Assembly: GCA_037189525.1 (NCBI GenBank) | Contig: JBBCJC010000005.1 | Location: forward strand, 256,001-320,000 | DNA length: 64,000 nt | Reading direction: 5' to 3' | Source of the DNA: Gemmatimonadales bacterium | Lineage (GTDB): Bacteria > Gemmatimonadota > Gemmatimonadetes > Gemmatimonadales > GWC2-71-9 | Part shown: positions 59,639 to 64,000 of the stretch, piece after piece | Numbering within the stretch: position 1 is the first letter of the stretch | Layout: every line of letters begins with the position of its first letter | Program-made: the position numbers and the translations under genes | Notes under the pieces: model-generated | Told to the model about the DNA's origin: nothing | What the model saw: only the letters and a program-made list of their open reading frames with translations | Databases searched by the model: none

Positions 59639-60025
59639 TCAGGCCGCCACACCCGCCGGCGCCGCCGACAGACCGGCCGCCACGTTCCGGTTGATGTCGA
59701 TCAGGATCCGGAGCTTGTTCGAAGCCGGGAACGCCATCACGTCGAAGGTCCGCTTGTCGATGAACTCGATCAGGTTGAGCAGCTGCACCTTGAGCTCACG
59801 CGGCAGCGGATTGTCCTCCGACGCCAGTTCGGTCTGGAAGAAGGTCCAGAGCCGCTGATTGAGCTTCAATGCCTCGTCCAGCCGGCGCTCGCGATCGGGA
59901 GCGTCCCACTGGTCGTGAACCACTTGCAGCGCCCGGGCGGCGCGGAAGAGCGCCGAAGCTTCGAGTTGGCGGCCGCTCGTCGAAATTTTTTCGACCGTGG
60001 CGTAGGCGTCAGCGATGCGCGACAT
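59639..60025 (-). CDS. flaF: Flagellar biosynthesis regulator FlaF
   Basis: AYA...SGRQLEA...EALKLNQRLWTFFQTELASEDNPLPRELK...LIDINRNVAAGL. Confidence 0.9.
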   Translation of the reverse strand: MSRIADAYATVEKISTSGRQLEASALFRAARALQVVHDQWDAPDRERRLDEALKLNQRLWTFFQTELASEDNPLPRELKVQLLNLIEFIDKRTFDVMAFPASNKLRILIDINRNVAAGLSAAPAGVAA

Positions 60026-60404
60026 GACTGATGAGTTCCTCTTCGTAGGCGATCAGTTTGCGCCCCAACTTGAGCGCTTGGTAGTACTGTCCGGCGCCGA
60101 TGCGATCGCTCATTTCGGTCAGGAGGCCCCCCATGCTGGGCGACGCCTCCAGAACTTCGCGGACGAGCTGCCAGTACAGTTGCTGGTGATCGGATTCATG
60201 CTCGCGGTCGACGTAGAGCAGCTGGATCGCAAAGTAGATCCGGCGGCAGGGGCTCGTCGCCTCGTCGATCGAGAGCACTTCCTTACCCCGAAGTATCGGC
60301 ACGTCGTTCTCGATAATGAGCGCGCACCGGGAGTCGCCGTTTCGCACGACGGCATTACCGACGATCAACCGCTCGCCGGCTTTGAGAGAAATTCTGAGTG
60401 GCAT
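60009..60404 (-). CDS. flbT: Flagellar biosynthesis repressor FlbT
   Basis: MPLRISLKAGERLIVGNAVVRNGD...PILR...EATSPCRRIYFAIQLLY...YYQALK...LIAYE. Confidence 0.92.
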   Translation of the reverse strand: MPLRISLKAGERLIVGNAVVRNGDSRCALIIENDVPILRGKEVLSIDEATSPCRRIYFAIQLLYVDREHESDHQQLYWQLVREVLEASPSMGGLLTEMSDRIGAGQYYQALKLGRKLIAYEEELISHVAHR

Positions 60405-60411
60405 GAACGCC

Positions 60412-60999
60412 TCAGGGAAAACGACGAAGGAAACCGGCGTCCGATGCAGTCAGTCCGGCATCGACCTGCGCCAGCGCGCTGCCCGCGGCACGGCTGGCCG
60501 CGGCCGCTCCCGATTCCGCCGGCGACGCGGCGCCGGCCGCGAGCGAAGCCCGGGTCGAGCCGATGGTATCGACCAGCGCGCCGAGATCCGCGACGGCCTG
60601 TTCCGCCCGTTCGGTCGAGGCGTTAGGCGCCAACGCCTGCAGCGTCAGCCCTTCCAAGCGAGCCACTTCGGTCGCGAGTCCGTTGAACTGGCGGATCGTT
60701 TCCGCCCGGCGCGATTCGTTGATCGGATACGGCGGGTACAGCTTGACCTGCTCCAGGTTGAAGCGCAGCGTTTCAGCATCGCGCGCGACCCGACCCAACT
60801 TCTGATCGAGATGACGAACGCGCGCCGCATCCGTCCACGATCCGCTCCGTAACTGGCCCGCCCCGATTTCGACGGTGGCCACGTCCGCAGCAGGCGCGTC
60901 CCCGCCCCGCCGCCCGTTCCCGGCCGGCGATGGCGAAACGCCCTCCCATCGACCGGGAACGGTCGGTGTGAAGGCAGTGCGCATCTGGTCCGTTACCAT
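60412..60999 (-). CDS. Uncharacterised helical protein between flagellin and flbT
   Basis: 195-aa ORF with a strong GAGGTG RBS, ending 7 nt before flbT; core VKLYPPYPINESRRAETIRQFNGL. Confidence 0.72.
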   Translation of the reverse strand: MVTDQMRTAFTPTVPGRWEGVSPSPAGNGRRGGDAPAADVATVEIGAGQLRSGSWTDAARVRHLDQKLGRVARDAETLRFNLEQVKLYPPYPINESRRAETIRQFNGLATEVARLEGLTLQALAPNASTERAEQAVADLGALVDTIGSTRASLAAGAASPAESGAAAASRAAGSALAQVDAGLTASDAGFLRRFP

Positions 61000-61027
61000 A
61001 TGCTATCACCTCACGTCTGTGGGAGAC

Positions 61028-61056
61028 TCAGACGGGGAGGGAATCTCCCCGCCTGA
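61028..61056 (-). terminator. Strong hairpin after the flagellin stop, without U-tract (attenuator or mRNA stabiliser)
   Basis: Minus-strand UCAGGCGGGGAG-AUUCC-CUCCCCGUCUGA; one G-U pair works only in the minus-strand transcript. Confidence 0.6.
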
Positions 61057-61072
61057 ACCCCACCTGCCCTGA

Positions 61073-61888
61073 TTAGAAGAGCCGGAGGATCGCCTGCTGG
61101 CTCTGGTTCGCCAGGCTCAAGGAGATCACACCGAGCTGCTGGCGCGTCTGCAGCGACAGCAGGTTGGCGCCTTCTTCGTTCTGGTCCGCAACCGTCAGCT
61201 TGTCGGCACCTTCCCGAAGGACGTTGCGCATCTCGTCCAGGAAGTTGTCGCGGATCGTCAGCTGGCTCGAAACCGCGCCGAGCGTCGCCGAGTTGGTCCG
61301 GAGGGTCGACTGCGCCGTGTTGAGCTGGCTCACCGCGGCGTCGAGGGCCGAATCCGCCGTCCAGGTGCTGGTGGCAATCGTGGACACTGCGAGACCGGTA
61401 GTCGACGAGGCGTCGAAGCCGTTGATCGAGATCTTCGAGCTGCCGTCCTCGTTGGTCTTGACCACGAGCTCGCTGCTGGCCGTCAGGAGGTTGGTGCCTT
61501 TGTACTTGGCATCCGTCGCGGCCTGGTCGATCTGCTTCAGCACCTCGTTGAACTGCGCAGCCAGGGTCGAACGGCCGGCCGTGGTGGCCGAACGCGCCGA
61601 CTCGGCGAGACCCTTGGCGGTCTCGACCAGCTTCGAGATCGTCTCGATGCCCGACGAGGCGGCCTTAATGGTCTGGATCGCTTCGCCGATCTCGTTCTTC
61701 CGGGCGGCCAGGTCGTTGGCGCGGCCACGAGCGTTCTGCGCCGCGAAGTACGCGGTCGCGTCGTCGATCGGGTTGTTGACCTTGAGGCCGGAGGCCAGCC
61801 GCTGCTGGGTGGTCCCGATCAGCGAGGCCGTGTTCTGCAGGGTAAGGAGGTTGGCGCGAATGCCAGAGGAAAGTGAAACGTCAGCCAT
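61073..61888 (-). CDS. fliC: Flagellin, short (271 aa), alphaproteobacterial-like termini
   Basis: SLSSGIRANLLTLQNT...RLASGLKVNNPIDD...YF; YKGTNLL; LTVADQNEEGANLLSLQTRQQL...QQAILRLF. Confidence 0.93.
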   Translation of the reverse strand: MADVSLSSGIRANLLTLQNTASLIGTTQQRLASGLKVNNPIDDATAYFAAQNARGRANDLAARKNEIGEAIQTIKAASSGIETISKLVETAKGLAESARSATTAGRSTLAAQFNEVLKQIDQAATDAKYKGTNLLTASSELVVKTNEDGSSKISINGFDASSTTGLAVSTIATSTWTADSALDAAVSQLNTAQSTLRTNSATLGAVSSQLTIRDNFLDEMRNVLREGADKLTVADQNEEGANLLSLQTRQQLGVISLSLANQSQQAILRLF

Positions 61889-61995
61889 GGGAACTGCTCC
61901 TGTCCTAGGGATCTGGGGCGAGGCTTCTCCTCGCCCCCTGCGACCGCGTCGTCATCGCCTTTCTGGCGAGCGACCTTCGATCGGTACGTTCTTAG

Positions 61996-62024
61996 GTTTC
62001 GGCAGCCCCCCTCAAAAGCTTTAG
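61996..62024 (-). promoter_or_regulatory. Sigma28 promoter for flagellin
   Basis: Minus strand CTAAAG-N15-GCCGAAAC; the -35 TAAA overlaps the TAA stop of the upstream gene. Confidence 0.75.
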
Positions 62025-63862
62025 CCCTGCCCCAACAGCCCGGACCGGATCTCGGTCATGACCCGGCCATGGTCCGCCTCGCCCGGGCGCAGCGCGGCGA
62101 CCTGAATCGACGGGAACCAGGGAGACCGGCTCCCCCCGAAGACGGTCCAGTCGCTGCCGCTGTCGACCTGCCAGGTCGGGCACCCCACCGCCCCGGCCAG
62201 CGAGCTGACCGCCGTCGGCGCCGTCACCACGGCATCGAGGTTGGCGAGCAATCCGACCACCGATTCGAGGTCGTTCCGGAGATCGACGTCGGCCCACCGG
62301 TGAATCCGGCGACCCCACTGGCTTTCGATCGCGGTCAGTTCGGCCTCGCAGTCGTCATACTGCAGATTGATCCAGGTAATTCCCGGCGTCTCGAGCAGCG
62401 ACCGGAAGGCCACCAGCGGCGCGTACTGCTTCTGGCGATCCGGCGTGACCAGACCGCTTCGCCAGCAGAGCCCGACCCGGCGCCCTTCGCCTAACGATGC
62501 CAGCCGCGCACGCCACTGCTCGACCTGGACCGGGTCCGGCGCGAGGAGCGCCTCGGCCGCCGGGAATGCTCCCCGGGTCCGGCGCACCCAGCGCGGCAGG
62601 CTCGCGAGACCGACCTGCCAATCGAACTCTCCTGCGGGCGGCGTCGTGAGATCGTCGGCCACCACGCGCACCTCGGGAAAAGCCCGGGTCACCAGCGAGA
62701 CCAGCCGCTCGCTGACGGCAACGGTAACCTGCGCACCTGCCTCGACCAGATCCGGCAGGCAGGTCAGGAAGAGGAGTTCATCGCCGATCCCCTGCTCCCG
62801 CCAGACGAAGATCCGCGCCCCCGCCAGCGGCTCGCCTTGCCACGAGGGCCACGACAGCGTCCGCGGTTCCGGCCGCGCCGCCTCAGTCCGATGGCGCCAC
62901 TCATATTCGTCCCAGCCCGCGCCGAGCGCGCCGGACGCCAACAGCGTGAACGACCGGTTCCAGCGCGCCTGGGCCAATTCTGGAGCCGCGGCAATGGCCC
63001 GATTGTGGGCCGTCAACCCTTCGGCCAACCGGCCCTGGTCGTGCAGCAGATTGCCTAACGTCGACCACGCCTCGGCGTAGCCAGGCTCGAGCGCCACCGC
63101 GCGTTCGAGATCCGCCTGCGCACCAGCCAGGTCGCCCAATTCGCGCCGCGCATTGGCCCGGTTGAGGTACGCTCCCGGGCGACCGGGAGCCAGTTCCACC
63201 GCCCGATCCGTGGCGACCAGCGCCTGCTGATACCGGCCCAGCGCCGTCAGCACCGTCCCCAGATTGGCCTGCGCCTCGAAGAGCTCGGGTTCGACCGAGA
63301 CCGCCTGGGTGTACGCGATGGCCGCCGCCTCGAACAGTTCCTGCGACTGCAGACCGACCCCCAGATAGAAGAGCGCCGCGGCATCGACCGGCGACTGCCC
63401 CAGATGAATCAGTAGCTGCGTTACCGCCTCCGACCAGCGCTGATCGGCCAGCGCGATCCGTCCCAGCGCTCGTGGTGCCCAGCGGGCCGGCAGATCGAGG
63501 CTGAGCAGCGATCGGGCCTGGTCGATCTCACCACTGTCGAGCACGATGTCGGCCAAGGCGGCTGCGGCTTCGGCGCGATCGGCATCGAGACGCAGCGCCT
63601 CTTCGAGAGCTTCCTGCGCATCACTGCGATGCACGGCGCCGAGCAGCGCCAGTCCCAGATCTTCGTGGTAGCGCGCCTCACCCGGCGCCCGCGCAGCCGC
63701 CTGCCCGATCAGGGCGAGTTCGAGATCGTGCTGTCCCAGCTGCCCCATCACACGACCGAGACCATGGAGCGCACTGGCATCATCCGGATTGCGACTCAGC
63801 GCGACGTGATACTCTTCGGCCAGCCGCGCCAGGGCCGGGTCGACCTGCTCTACGGTGCTCAC
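62021..63862 (-). CDS. TPR plus GT-B glycosyltransferase, FlmG-like candidate flagellin glycosyltransferase
   Basis: N-terminal TPRs (AQANLG, AYLNRA, AWSTLG); GWDEYEWR, WQGE, EQGIGDE, VGLCWRS, INLQY, LDAVV...LAGAVG, PWFPS; immediately upstream of flagellin. Confidence 0.82.
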   Translation of the reverse strand: MSTVEQVDPALARLAEEYHVALSRNPDDASALHGLGRVMGQLGQHDLELALIGQAAARAPGEARYHEDLGLALLGAVHRSDAQEALEEALRLDADRAEAAAALADIVLDSGEIDQARSLLSLDLPARWAPRALGRIALADQRWSEAVTQLLIHLGQSPVDAAALFYLGVGLQSQELFEAAAIAYTQAVSVEPELFEAQANLGTVLTALGRYQQALVATDRAVELAPGRPGAYLNRANARRELGDLAGAQADLERAVALEPGYAEAWSTLGNLLHDQGRLAEGLTAHNRAIAAAPELAQARWNRSFTLLASGALGAGWDEYEWRHRTEAARPEPRTLSWPSWQGEPLAGARIFVWREQGIGDELLFLTCLPDLVEAGAQVTVAVSERLVSLVTRAFPEVRVVADDLTTPPAGEFDWQVGLASLPRWVRRTRGAFPAAEALLAPDPVQVEQWRARLASLGEGRRVGLCWRSGLVTPDRQKQYAPLVAFRSLLETPGITWINLQYDDCEAELTAIESQWGRRIHRWADVDLRNDLESVVGLLANLDAVVTAPTAVSSLAGAVGCPTWQVDSGSDWTVFGGSRSPWFPSIQVAALRPGEADHGRVMTEIRSGLLGQG

Positions 63863-64000
63863 GATTCTGTCCTTTCGACGACCGACGCCGCCACCCTGCG
63901 GCTCGGATCCCAGGTATGTCCTGCCTGATCACGCCGCATCTGTGATTCATCGGCTCGGCACCAGGCGACGATCTCCCGGTACGATCCGATCCGTTCTCCA
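63859..64000 (-). CDS. 3' end of an unidentified upstream gene (partial)
   Basis: Open frame ...GERIGSYREIVAWCRADE...VERTES* whose TGA overlaps the next GTG start. Confidence 0.4.
   Translation of the reverse strand, partial: GERIGSYREIVAWCRADESQMRRDQAGHTWDPSRRVAASVVERTES

Overview
A high-GC bacterial window (roughly 65-70% GC by eye). Gene content and protein style suggest Gemmatimonadota; this is an inference, not a database result. Left part (1-24.4 kb, all minus strand): a tightly packed housekeeping run (uncharacterised gene, fahA, pdxH, S9 peptidase, CDF transporter, tilS, hpt, ftsH, DUF2723-like membrane protein, yggS, divIVA, ileS, dksA-like, lspA, rluD). It continues into a receptor-less chemosensory set (cheW, cheY, cheA, cheC) and a large TPR protein cut off at the window edge. 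Right part (24.5-64 kb): a near-complete flagellar cluster with stator, basal body, rod, rings, hook, export apparatus, flhF, flhG, fliA, a sigma54 activator, a sensorless kinase, a separated flgL, a short flagellin, flbT, flaF and a TPR-glycosyltransferase. Most notable is a hybrid regulatory design readable from the DNA. Four sigma54 promoters carry a shared upstream CGGC-N7-GCCG-like site, and three matching sigma28 promoters precede motA, flgL and flagellin. These sit alongside an alphaproteobacterial-style flagellin/FlbT/FlaF/FlmG-like module, with no recognisable flgM, fliD, fliS, fliW or csrA in the window. An uncharacterised 195-aa gene lies between flagellin and flbT, and the flagellin 5' UTR has twin AGAAR-loop hairpins. 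Other oddities: a FliO-FliP fusion, a minimal FlhF, a Cys-free FlgH, a c-di-GMP gene pair flanking motAB, and an IleRS with a GIHH signature. No rRNA, tRNA, CRISPR array or mobile element was seen.
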